A DNA stretch of 64,000 bases from Raillietiella orientalis (taxonomy: Eukaryota): positions 2,914,001-2,978,000 of the forward strand of contig JAYWIR010000019.1 in assembly GCA_036172245.1 (NCBI GenBank), given 5' to 3'. Positions 1-12,600 of the stretch are shown piece after piece. The number at the start of each line of letters is the position of its first letter. Position 1 is the first letter of the stretch. Made by a program: the position numbers and the translations under genes. Under the pieces are notes generated by a model. The model did no database searches and was not told the DNA's origin. It worked only from the letters and a program-made list of their open reading frames with translations.

Positions 1-3000
1 AATGAAGCCGTCTCCGCGTTGGGAAGGAGACTGGTTTCACGCAATTACGCGAACGGGGAGCGGTTGATGGTTGCCTGCGAGGCGTCATCCGAGGAGGGTG
101 GCTGCAACCCGCTTTGGAATCATCAACCTCCTCATTTGATGAAGAGAGCCTGTGGATGGAAAGTTCTTAAATTAGGATGATAGGGAAAAAAGAGAGAGGG
201 GGAAGAACGAGGAAGGACTACTGGAGCATCCTTCCGAACGCGAATGGGTGGAAGGAGAATTACCTTTAACTGAGGTTCGAAAAGCCCTGATTATAAGGAT
301 TTCCATTATAAGGGCGTGGAGAGAGCCCTTTACTCTTAGCCGGCTTTTTCCACGCAGCTTCTACGCTGTGTAGACTAACATGCGTGTTTGCGTACAGAGA
401 GTCTCTACGGCTACGCTGCGCATTCGTACGGTCCAGTCCTTTGAGATATCAATCAAAAGATACCAAAACAAAACTAATGATTAACACGTCTGGAATGGAA
501 AATTCAGTTGATTCAATTAGCCCGAATAATGAAGAAAACCCCTGTTCTGGATGTCACTGGGAAAAGGAAAAGCGAAACTCTTGGGAGTTCTGTCCTCTTC
601 AGAAGCATTGATTTAATTTGCGTTCCATTCTCTCTCTTACAGAATTTCGGGAACGCGGAGGCACAAGCAGGATTTCCGAGGGATGGGGAAACTCACGCCG
701 AAACGCGGGTGGGGGAGCGTGAAGGGGAGGGGGGGGGGATCTATCCTCCCTTATCCCATCCCCTCAAAGAGTCCTCCTTTCTCCCCCTCCCTCCCTCCTC
801 GGAGGCATTTTCAAACCGCGCGTGTTCCAGCACCACCTCGAGTCCCGACACGTGCTCGAGCGCGCCGGCCCGGCCTGTCGGCCATTCCGGATGCAAAGAG
901 GAAAAAGACCCCCGCCCTGCATCCTCCTCCTGCTCAAGACAAGGCAGGATCTCCGTTCCGCGAAGCGCAGATCGAAGAATCCGCCGCGCCTCTTTTTCGG
1001 CTTGCAGAGACCGTGGAGTCGCTCCGTGCCTCTCTCTCTCTCTCTCTCTTTCTGTTTTTTTTTCTTTTTCATTTTTTTTCCTCCCCTCTTCTTGTTCTTC
1101 CTCTTCTTTTCCTCCAGAATTCAATCTCGAGGAGCAATTCGCGCAACTCGTTAGCACGGAGTCGTGCCTGGGTTCTCAGGGCAGTCGTAAAACAAGACAT
1201 TTGCCACTCAGAAGTAATTTCTCCAGTGACCATTTAACTGAGTTTAAGAAACATCGGACATTTGACACATTCATGGAAATATTTATTTATCCCAGGGGCT
1301 TCCCATATCTCCGAGCTGATTGCTGCCTACCCTAAATTCTCTTTCCTCTTATCCGAAAGGAAAAAAAAGAAAGAAAGAAAGAAAGAAAAAGACATTTATA
1401 TTCTCCAAGATCTGGCAGGTCCACTGGAACCTCTGTTTGTGTCCTTTCCGCGGCACGCGCTGGAAATTACAATATTCAAATGAGCGCGGGTCCCGGGAGA
1501 ATAGCTCCAGATGCTTAGGTCCGTTACAGGGTGATAGATTTTCCCATGCTGCACGTCTCATCCGCCGCTCGTTGACCGATGAGTGACACGGGATCGCGCG
1601 GGAGGCTGGCGGGGCAAATGATCCCGGAGCGCTTCGCTGCCGCCGCCGGGAGCCGTAACGTGCGCAGCGGCTGCGAAGGAGCAAGAACGCTTCTCTTCCC
1701 TCCCCCTCTGCCGCCACCACTATCACCGCCACCATTCTCCTCCTCCTCCTTCCCGTCTGACCTTCCAGCCGCCGCCGCCCTCGCGCGCTCGGACTGGGCG
1801 CGTGCGCCGTCGGACGTTCCTCGGAAGTGGTGGCAGGTTGGCACGTGAGCCGTTTCCGGGGAGGGGAAGGGGGAGGAGGAGAGGGAGAGTGGAGTGACGA
1901 CAATGAGTGGGCCCTTTCGCCTTCTGTTCCCGCGCGAGCAAGTGCCGCAAGCTGCTGGATCCTGGGGAGGATGGAGAACTACCGTCTTGGAGTCCGCTGC
2001 AGGCTGCAGGAAAGCAGCCGGGCGGCGAGTCGCGTCCACGTGGGGGTGGCTGCAAGCCTGCCGCATCCGCTACCCACCTCCCGAAAAGAGCGCGCGGGTC
2101 GACGCGGATGTTTTTCCTTCTTTTTTTTTTTTTTTTTTTTCCCTCTCCCCCCTCCCTCCCCATCCTCTCTGATGCGACACTGCCAACGCTTCCCTCGAAA
2201 GCAGCCACGGCGAAAGAAAGGAGCAGAACTTCCAGCACTGTCCCGATCTCGCCTTTGATCTATCGATCGCATCACGCTCTATCGATCAGCTGATTGAATT
2301 AATCGAACTGCCTCCATTTATTGCACGCGCACTTCGTCGCGAAAAGAAGGAATAACAAGCAGAGGGTGAATAATGAGCGCACATTCGATGCTCTTTGTCG
2401 ATCCTGCTGCTTTTGGGCTCGTTCGGATTCCGTCACGGCCTTCAGAAGAAAGGGGGGGAAAGGAGGAAAAGCAGCCGTAAAGCACTCCGCGCTCTGCCCT
2501 CAAAGGCAAACCCACCAAAGCGCTTTGCCAAGCGGGGGACAACAACAACAACAACGAAATACAGAGGTCTCTCGACATTGCCCAAGGCCGCCCTGGGAGC
2601 AGCTCCTCTTCTCCCTCACGATGTTGCGCAACTTTCAGCGCCAGTTCCCCCGCTCCAGAGACCCTTCCTTGACAGAGGGGGAAAGTTCCTCGATCCCCGA
2701 AACCTACTGCGAAAGACAAACGCAGTGCCAACCGCCCGCAAAAGACAAATTCGGTGGCAGTCCCTTTCCCCCGCCTCCTGGCCCCGTGCTGGAACACTTT
2801 AAAGACCGTCCAGTTCGCAGAGCCGTCCTCCAGCCTCCGAAGAACCCGAGCCGCGTACGGTCAGTTCCTCCGCACGGCGCTGCTCGCTTCCCCCCTCCCG
2901 ATGCGCGCCTTCCAGGCGCAGAAGAATGTCTTCTCCGCTACAGGAACTTCCGCATCCTTTCTCGCTGCGCGTCCACTCTAAGACGCAGTGGAGTTCCACA

Positions 3001-3070
3001 AGACGATCATCCTTGTTGTACATCTTGAAAAAAACAAAAAAAAAAAAGGTTTTTTTTTTTTTTTTTCCAG

Positions 3071-6000
3071 CATTTTGGAGCTACGCAAAGAAAAAAGCCG
3101 TGACGCCGCTCGCTCCAGAAGAGGGAAGGAGAACTACGAGTTTTACGAGTTAGCTAAGATGCTGCCTCTTCCGGGAGCGATCACCTCTCAACTGGACAAG
3201 GCCTCCATCGTCCGGCTGACTATTTCCTACTTGAAGTTGCGCGAGTTCAGCATCCACGGGGACCCTCCTTGGAATCGGGAAGGTAAATCACCGTTGTTCC
3301 TCTTTGCACGCCGAACCGAAAAGCAGAGCGGCCCCCGTAGCCTCTTGGAATGCGAGGCACGCGCACGCGCGATCCCTCGAAGCGGAACGTCAGCTCTTTG
3401 CGCGACTGGCGTCTGAATGAGTGCTGCTGGAAGACGGAGGGGTACGCGCAACGGGCTGCCACGTAGACGAGACGCCGCCTGGTGGCCTTCCCCGACCTGA
3501 AAAATTGCAGCACACGAAGCAAACGGGAGCAAAGAGCTCCCGTTTGCAGCAGCACCCATGCTCTGGAAAGCTCCTTGAGTTCATCGCGGTAGCGCTCGGG
3601 GTTCCTCGGTGCAAGAGCTGCTCGCGTGCTTTCCTGACCGCCGTGCGCCCCAACACCAGTGGGTGTCACGAAACGATATCAGAACAGGGTGACGTCGAGA
3701 GATGGAGATGTTGGGATTCAAAACGTGGAGCGTGATTTTTGTGCTACATCCTGGAAAAAGTGCAGCAACAGCCAGGAGTCCGGCGGTGAAAGCACACCGG
3801 GTGGCGGTGTAGCAGAAATGTCGATTTTTCCATGCAGCACCGGATGCTCGTGGAGACTGTTGCCGTGACAGAAAATTCTCACTTTCCGTGCAGAGGAGCA
3901 GAAAGGGGGAGTGACAACTTGATCAAGTACTTCCTGCGTTCTTCACAGTGTCGGTTTTTCGCTGACGCGACCCGATAGTGTGAAACCAGCCGGGAGTTGT
4001 CCTTTTATTGTTTTTTTTTTTGTATTCTGTTTTGTTTTTGTTTTGTTTTTTAAGGGAGGGGAGGATCAGAAGGGAAAGCGGTGAAAATTCCAGTAGCTGC
4101 TTTAGAGAAGACTGAGGCAACCAGGCAAACTACGGGAGGAGGCGCGTTCGAGAGCACGCGCCTCCTCCCGTAGGACAAGCAAAGAGGTTCTTTGGCTTCC
4201 CAGAGTTGGATGGTAGGGTAGCTGGAACCGTAGTCCCGGAAGCGGGCAGCGTTCCGGTAGGCGGGGCGCAGAGCCGCGAAAGACCGAATAGAACTACCAA
4301 GGAGGAGAGCGGAGGTGCAAATTCAACGACGGTCGAGCGAGCTCCGAGATCGGAAGAGCAAGAATCGAGAAGCCTGAACTCTGCTGCTGATGCTATCCCA
4401 CGAATGGAGCGAAAAGAAACTGGGCAGCATATCAGACGGGGGTCAAATCTTGACTTGGGAGGCTCAAGAAGACGCGCTTCCTACCACCCCGACAGCCCCC
4501 ATTTTCCAAAGCAAGAAACAGAAAATGATTCCCTAACTAATGATTTTCCCGCCAATTCGCATCTGCCACTCGCCCGCGAGATGTTCCAAGCTGCTCTCGG
4601 GCAAGCGTAGGTTCCCAGGAGCGAGAGAAGATGGAAAAGGACGTCTCCAGACAACTTATCACGGGCGGAGAGCCCACTGTTCCTTGCCGGCGCCTCTTGT
4701 CTGGCGTTCTGTTCAAAGGCCCACGGTTCCTTGACCCACGCTGTCCAGGCGGCCGCCACACAGGATGAGTTTGGTGGTGACGAATCCCCCCGCTTCTCCC
4801 CTGTTTCCCTTGTAATCTCACCAGAGTACCACTGGAGAATTTTGAAAGACTCGGCCTCGAGGTCCACTTGCGGACTTTCGAGGGCGACGCCTCCCTCGCT
4901 CTTGTGAAGCGTCGGCGCCGATTCCTGGCTGTTCGACCCGTCATCCTCGTCATGACGACTGGAGGCAGATCACACCCACGGCCTCGTGAGTCCGGATAAT
5001 TCAAGGGATCAGCAGCGGGCCTTCAGATGCCGCGGGTTTCAACCTGTGGCTCCGGCGTCTCCAGGAATCTCCCTGCCGGTCCTACGCAGGGAGCTCGGCT
5101 CGTGCCGAAGCAGCGGCCGCTTTCCCGCTCGTGGCACCACGCGATCCCCCCCCCTCTGTACCTTCCCACGCAGAGATAAACAGTCTGCTGCATGGACCCG
5201 AACGCTCACGTCTCGCGGGGACGTCGGCGATTCTATCGGTTGCGCTCACTGAGGGTGTCCGTCCCGGCGCGGGTGATCCTGGCGTGGATTCCCACCGATT
5301 CCCCCCCAGTAAGCATCCTGGAATTCGATCCCCTTGAATTCCCGCAAAAGGTCCCTGCACTCTGCAGCCCTCCAAGAAGCCCAAGATTCCTCTCCCACTT
5401 GAATCGGTCACCCGAGGAGTCATCCGGGAGAGTAAGCAAAGCTCCCCCTTCCAGCGACGGAAAGGGCAAACTCTTCCCAGAAGACGCTTCCCTCTGGCTT
5501 ACCCGCCCTTGATCGGGTCCGCAGCGGATCCGTCCTCAAACTGCCAGCCCCATTCTCCATCCCGCACGTAGCCCGGTCACTCCGTTCGGAGAAGCCGGCG
5601 CGGGGGAGGGTGGACAGGACCGCACTGCCGTCGGTTCAGGCCGCGCGGACCCACGGGCGAGGAGGAAGCGGGGAGAAGCTTGGGAAGAGGGGGTCTCTGC
5701 AGTCCAGTCTCTCGCAGCATTCCTCTGATCAAAAGAGAAGGCGGGATTGGATTACCCCGAAGAGGAACAGAGCCTCCGCAATCTGTCAGCATCCCGCGCG
5801 GGTGTCGGAGGAACTCCGCCCGCGAGCGCGCGAGGGGCGGAGAGAGGTTTGAGGAGCACCCTCGACGTATTTTCTTCCCTCCGGAAATCAGAAAAAGGAA
5901 GGGAGGGGGAGTAGGAAGGAGGGGGGGAACTCGTGATTTTCTCCGGAAGTCCGTCGGGGACAAGAGCTGAGCCGCCTCCGCCTGGAGCGCGAGGCTGCCC

Positions 6001-6629
6001 CGTGGAGCGCAAGAGGGGGAAAGGAGGGGGTCACACAGCTTCCTCCCATCCGAGGCACCTCCCCAGGAAGAGGAGGTCGTGCGGTGGACTTCATCCGGAC
6101 GGACCACCACCTTTTCACCTCCATCCCTCCTCGATCGCCCAGTACGCAGACGGAGCGCGCGAGCAGACGCTGGAAGATCCCGCTGCGGTGGTCCATCGTG
6201 CGCCCATCGGAGGAGAGGGACGGGCAATCGACCGATCCCCGACTACTTGCAGCACCGTTTCCCTTCCTGGGGCGACCCGCGGAGGCGGCAGCGTCACCGT
6301 CACGTCCCCCGTCCTCATTGGAACGGCAGACTGGTGCGAGGCGGGTCTTCCGAGATCCTCGAGAGGGGAGGAGCGGAAAGGAGGAAAGAGGCTGACCAGC
6401 TCTCTCGTCTCCCCCCTCTCCCCCCCCCCCAAATGAGAGCTGGCCCTTCTTGCGCGCCTCCACTTGTCGGCCCGATCCGACAAGCTGGGAACGAAGACTC
6501 TCTTTTCTTCCTCTACCCGGCTGCTCCATCCTCCAGTTCCAGAAGCGTGGTTTTGGTTGCACCCCGCGCGTCTGACGCCGTCGCAGAAACACCACATCAC
6601 AAAAACACGCTCTGTAAACAAAAGAATGA

Positions 6630-6664
<35 letters not shown>

Positions 6665-9600
6665 ATGAATAGTCGCTTCACCTGCTCTTTTCTTCCTGCC
6701 TCTTAGGTGCCTTCAGATCGAGGATAACCCAAGGAATGGTCTCTGACCTGTTCGAGGCTCACCAAGGAACGCACATCCTCCAGGTAGGTCCGGCCGAAGG
6801 GACTGCGGGTGGTGCGCAGCTTCTAGATCCCTAGTCGAACCCTCCCTCCCCTCTCCGCCGCATCCGATTCGCCGTCCGGGACCTCCCGTTCGCAAAGGGG
6901 CAATGCGAGCAAAATCCTCTTGATGGTCGCTGCCTGCCTCCTACTTCTCCGCGGGATTTGCCCCCGGACTTTCGCAGCGCGAGGGATCCCGCGAAAGCGC
7001 TTGCTGCTGCTCCCCCTCCTCGACCTCCGCCTTTCACCGCCTCCTTGACGGGAGGCTGGCGCAGGCAAGGGGAAGAGGAGGAAGGTGAGAAAGCACGACG
7101 GTCCATCCTCGGGGAAAGGACACGCGCGCCGCAGGCTGCTGCTCCAGAGCGGTGAGCCGACCGAGCAGGAGTCACCTCCCTGCAGCCTGGAAAGGAAGCG
7201 GCGGGCGGCAGCGGTTTTCTTCCGGTTCCGACAGAGTCGATATCGAAAGGGGAGCAGCCAATAAGAAGGGATCTTCGGAGCGGGAATTCCTAATGCGTCT
7301 GTGCAGAGCTCTCGGGAACCTAGAAGGCCGAGGAAGGAGGAGAAAGAGGGATGCAAATGAGAGCCACGTGATAGCATCTCAGGATCAGGCATCTTTATCT
7401 GAAATGGGATTTCTGCGAATCCGCCCCTCGGGCAATCGCGCAGAGTAAACACCGACAGCCGGAAGCAGCGATGAGCACTCCGTGGTCGCGCGGGGCGGCA
7501 GCAAGCGAGCCGGCCGCCAGGCGGGGGAATAGCCCGCCGGCTCGGCCCTCCATCTGAGACGGTCCGCGGAACGGGCGAAGCCAGCACCTCCTCTTCCGTG
7601 GTCTCCTTCCTAGGGAGGGCAGCTTCCAGGGCACGTATTGATCCGTTCGTGTTTGGTGTACAGTACAGTGCCGCTCCAGCATCAGCATTCATTCAGTTCT
7701 GGGAGCGGCATCTGCCTCCCAAAGATAAATCAAAAGCATTTTTCCACCTGTACCCCCTTTCTTTCTTTCTTTTTCCCTTCCTTCCTTTTTTCCTTTTTTT
7801 TTTTTTTTTTTTATCTTGCGTCCCTAAATCAGAGCTTCCGGAGAATCAGACGAAGGTACGAACGATTCGCTTCCGGTCCCTCGCTGGAACGAACTCGTCG
7901 CTCTGGTGCAACGGCGGGAGAATAACCGAGAGGAAGGCGTCTGATTTCATGTCGCGAGCGATCCGTGCGCGGCGGTGCGGTGGTGCCATTCGTCCCTCTT
8001 CGCGAGGAACAAGGGAGCTAGGGATGGCCGGATCGCTTGAGAACGGAGCTAAGCGCCCGACGATCGGATCGGGAAAGAGAACCGTGATGGTGTGAGGGTG
8101 GTAGGAAGTCGCTGCTGCCCTCCACTTCCTCTTCTCCTCCTTGCGCGTATTCTGTTGTGCTTGGAGCGTCTTGCAAAGACTCGAAAAGCCTCTCCCATTC
8201 GTTTCCAGGAGTGTTATCGATCGATGAGTTTTTCTTACACATGGATGTTCAATCTCTTTTAATTCAGGTAGGGAATTGATCTTGCGGAGACGTGACTAGA
8301 ATATCCACAGAATATGTGGAGAGTACCTACTACGATAATCCTCATCGCCTTGATAGAGAATCCAGAGATGAAACTTTCCTCCGTGATATTTTACTTATGA
8401 GCTTCTTTAGGGTGCTTCCTGGAGGCAATCTAAGATTGTATTGTCAAAATTTCGATTCTCTAAATAAACTCTCATTACTTATGATGGAGTGTGATCACGG
8501 AAAAAAATGCCCATAGCCGCGATGTGTGCATCTCCTCATAAATATGAAGGGTTAGCGTCGAAATAGCACTGTGAGAATAGTTTTTTTGCTGCATCCAAAG
8601 AATGAGAATTATCGGAAGGTTCTCAGTGCTATGGTGATCCACATATTCGGAATGGTTTTCCTTCCCGAGACGACGAAGAACGCCTTCTGTTGTTGCGCTC
8701 GAGCTCATCGATTGTTGCGTTCAAGCCTATCGATTGTTGCACTCGAGCCTGGTGTCTCATCCGTTTTTGTTTTCCAACCGTCCCTCATTGCTGTACGTCA
8801 GAGAAATTCATGTTTTTTTTTTTTTTTCTCTCTCTTTTGCTCTCTTGTGCATTGGAAACATGAGAATTAATCCGCACCCGTAAGCGCGTACAATGAGTTA
8901 ACAATATTCTAGCCGTTGGCTGCTGCTCTGTCCACTGGACAACGTAGGAGCTTTGATGACGCACTTCGAAACGTAACCTAGCTACCCTTTTCAAATAACA
9001 ATGCAGGGTCTGATTTTAAGTTACGCAAATCGGGTTAAACGACAGGAAAGCATGCTGGAAAGAAGAATAGGGATCGTCTTTCAGATCCACAGAAATGTTT
9101 GACGGCAATTTTTCGAAACACATTTTAAGCCCTACTAAACAGAAGCAGTTTCGAGTAAATATTGTGATTTCTCATCCTGAAATTTTTTTTTCGCGTACAT
9201 CCATGGAAAAAAAGCTGGAAAAGAAGGGGGAAAAAAGAGGAGTAGAATCTAGGAAGAATTGGATATAAGATTTTGGCCTATTTAGATTCTGTCTGAAGAC
9301 GTTTTCGTGGGGTAGGTGCCTTTTATGGTGAATTCTGTTGTACAGCCACAAAATATTTGGGTCTGGTAAAGCCGCACCTTTGTGCATTCCTCATTCCTTT
9401 ACTCAATTCCATACTTGTTCACAATATTGCACGTTGCGTAGAAAATACTTTAAAAAAAAAAATGCTCCCATGAAGCAAGCGCTTTAGGATCTCTGTTGTG
9501 CTAAATGCCACTGTGGTCGAAAAAGTGCAAGCATCTTTCCTCGATCGTCAGCTCAGTCACGGTATAAAAATACCAGCTGACGAAGAGTCAAGATTACCAA

Positions 9601-12600
9601 CGTCCTGCCTGGGTTTCTCTTCCCGGATTTCCATCGCAAGCAACATTCTATTCGTGCTTGTAAAAAAAATTTTGGATCACAGAGGGAAAAAACGAAGCAG
9701 AATTCCCATACGTAACACGTACTGGGGTGACCAAGATGATTGCTTGTTGCACCTTACTGCATCATCTCAAGATTGCACCCATGTATTCACCATCATTGTA
9801 CTGAGTTCCATCTCTGTAAATAAAAAAGATCATATAGAAAATATCTGCATTCTAAAAACCTTATCTGCCTACAACCAGACATGGCCAGAAAATTAGCTTC
9901 CATTGTGTTCTCGATCATTGGGCACATGAAATCTCCGAGTGGTCTCGAAAATTTCAATAAGATCTCGGAATGTAGAGTTGACAAGTGCATCATCAAGATG
10001 GAAACTGATTAGCAAGCACAGAAAGACAGAAATGTGGAGCGCGCCTCCGTTTTGTAATGCTGATATAGACAAACAGTTGGGGCGTTATTTGATTTGGAAG
10101 CATCTTCTTGATGCGCCATGTTCGGGACGATCTCGAGATATTTGGATTGGGAATCGGGAAGAATGAAGAGGAGAGAGTGCGAAAGCTCGAAGAATTTGAA
10201 AATGGAATTTCGAATCACAAAAAACCTTTGAGAGCGATTTGATTAGGATGCTTTCCGTCTGAATGCACGTGAAAAGCTTTCGGCAGATGGTCAGTTACAA
10301 GTGGTACATGGAATGGGGTTTCCTTGCAGCTTCATCCTGAAAAGTAGAGGAACAAAACTGATACCAGCAGTCCATGCAAATCAATCTTCAAATTCAGCGG
10401 AGGGGGAGAGCCCATCGGTGCACGTGGAAACCGAGCGAGAGAATTTCACGTGCGTCCAGACTGGGAAAAAATCCGCTTTCTTCGCATCCAGAAGCACTTT
10501 CCTTAAAGCGCGGTGAAAGTGGGAAGAGGGGCGAGAACTACCTCTCGAAAGATTCCGCTTCCTTTCTTCCTAGAACGTGTTCTTCCTTGAAACGGACTTG
10601 GTAACGCGCAGGCGAACGTTTCGATTTTTTCTCTTTTGCCTTTGATAAAAGCAGCGGGTCGTTTTGGAAACAGCGAACCCGTGAAACCCGTGAGAAGATG
10701 GTGCTAAATACTGAGTTAGCATGGACGTTGCAATCGGCATCTGAAAAAGAAGAAGAAAAAAAACCACGAATGAATAATGCCCGGGATGAACATTCGGTAA
10801 TGGCTCTCCGAACCACTTCAGCTCACATGAGCAAGATCTCTTTGAAATGAAGAATCTTTTGCCAAAAATTCAAAAAAGGAAGCCCTTTTCTCTCTCACGA
10901 GTAACAGGAAAATGCTGCACCAGGAACTTCGTTTCGGAAACTTGTGTAAATAATTCAGACTTAATGGTTACATTCACAGTTGATGCGTACAAGAAAGAGC
11001 CATAAGGTTCAGCCCTCTTCAAAGTCTAATTCTTCTCGGCTCAGATAATGAGGCCTTTTCTTTCGAAGCCATTGAAATTCCATTTTTAGAAAACGTTTTG
11101 CCTAGTTCTTGCTCATTCTTTGGCTTTCTGTTTCCATGACTTCCATTCGTAGAAATGCAGACTGCTAAACTCATCAGCGTCTCACAGTCGGCTGCATCCT
11201 CCGAAAATGAAGTTCATTTTAAAAAAAATGCTTCTGCGTAGCCGAGCAACTCTGAGAGCGTTGCGTCCTCCTCGAGCTAGCCTGAAATTGCGGGTGCTTC
11301 GTGATAATCATGCTACATCATGGATGCTGAGAAAGTATGATTCCATTTCATGCCTTTGGTGGAATAAAATTTACCGTCCCATTTCGGAACGGAAGCTGAT
11401 CTACAAGACCAGCATCATCGAGCTCTGCCAATCTTATAAGCCACAGAAAGTTGGAATTGATGAAATCCTCGAAATGAAAAATTTATCATCAGAGAAAAAA
11501 AAAAAAAACACTGTCTTATCCTCGCCTTCGTGTGCGACATGTGACCACTCCACAAATGCCTGCAGCTGAAATCTGACTGCCAAGAGGAAAACCTTCAAAA
11601 TGAGAAACGCAAAACAAACAAACAAAAAACACAGAATGTTTTCTTTAATCCAATGGATGAAAAATTGTTTGAATCATGTGGACCACTTTGCTAGCACAAA
11701 AATTTCAAGCTTGAATGCGCTGCATTTCCACGGTGTTCAAGCGATCCGAGTGTCGTGTGGGGTAACTGCCATGCCTGCGGAGCAACAGAGAATCGATTGC
11801 CTCCAGCCTCCCTGTCTCCTCACGATCTACAAGTATCCCACAGTAACAGAAACTTTGCTTCAAATTCTCATCATCTCATCCCGGCCTTCCGCAGCAGCCT
11901 GACGAATCTGGTCGCCTCCACCTATCGTTCCCCCAATCCCATAGACGGCTTGTTCAGGAAAGTTGAGGTTCTCGGATCTGCTCCAGTGGCAACCTGAAAC
12001 GTCTTCCTCCCCAAGCCGCCGCGCTTGATTCACAATGATATGAAAGTCAGCTCAAAATCTCTCCTTATCGATGGTCTCCAAGCACCCATTTTGGGACATC
12101 CTATGTGTAGATAATGTCTTGATTTTTTTGTGTGATTCGAATAGCCTTCGAAGAGTTTCCGTTCCAGTTCTCTTTCGAGCTTTCGTCACCAAAGGTTGAG
12201 CTTTGGTCATCATTACCAGCTTCCTTTTCGGAAGAGGTGTGTCTCAGGCCACCGGAAATCAGACGCGTACAGAGGCGGTTCTCTCCGGATAGGAAGGACG
12301 AATTAACTGACTATGAGGTAGACTTGAGTGTAGTGCAGTGCACCTCTTGATGCCTCACCTCATTCCTGCTTTTCCAAGAATCTTTTATTCCTTTCGTAGG
12401 AATCACTGCCTCGTATTTCTTTTTCGACCCTTGGAAACTCAACTTTTTAAATAAACATCTGGGAGTCTCTCTTAGGCTCTGATCGAAAACCAGTTTCAAG
12501 TTCTTTGAAGGCTCCATGTCTGAAGACGTTTTCGAACCTCCGTGAAAAACCACCGATTGTAATTTTACCAGGCTCTTGGAACACCTCCGAGTAAAAGAGA

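Noticed and set aside
384..3028. Many overlapping ORFs of 70-275 aa upstream of the trh bHLH exon, including a possible first exon ending at CG|GTCAGT (2859)
   Set aside because: GC-rich, low-complexity translations with no recognisable domain. The 2859 donor has the right phase but no homology support, so it was not annotated.
6630..6662. (TAG)11 as an array of alternative splice acceptors
   Set aside because: It lies upstream of the likely branch point (CTTCAC, ~6676) and pyrimidine tract, and in the coding frame the repeat reads as stop codons, so it is most likely a neutral microsatellite.
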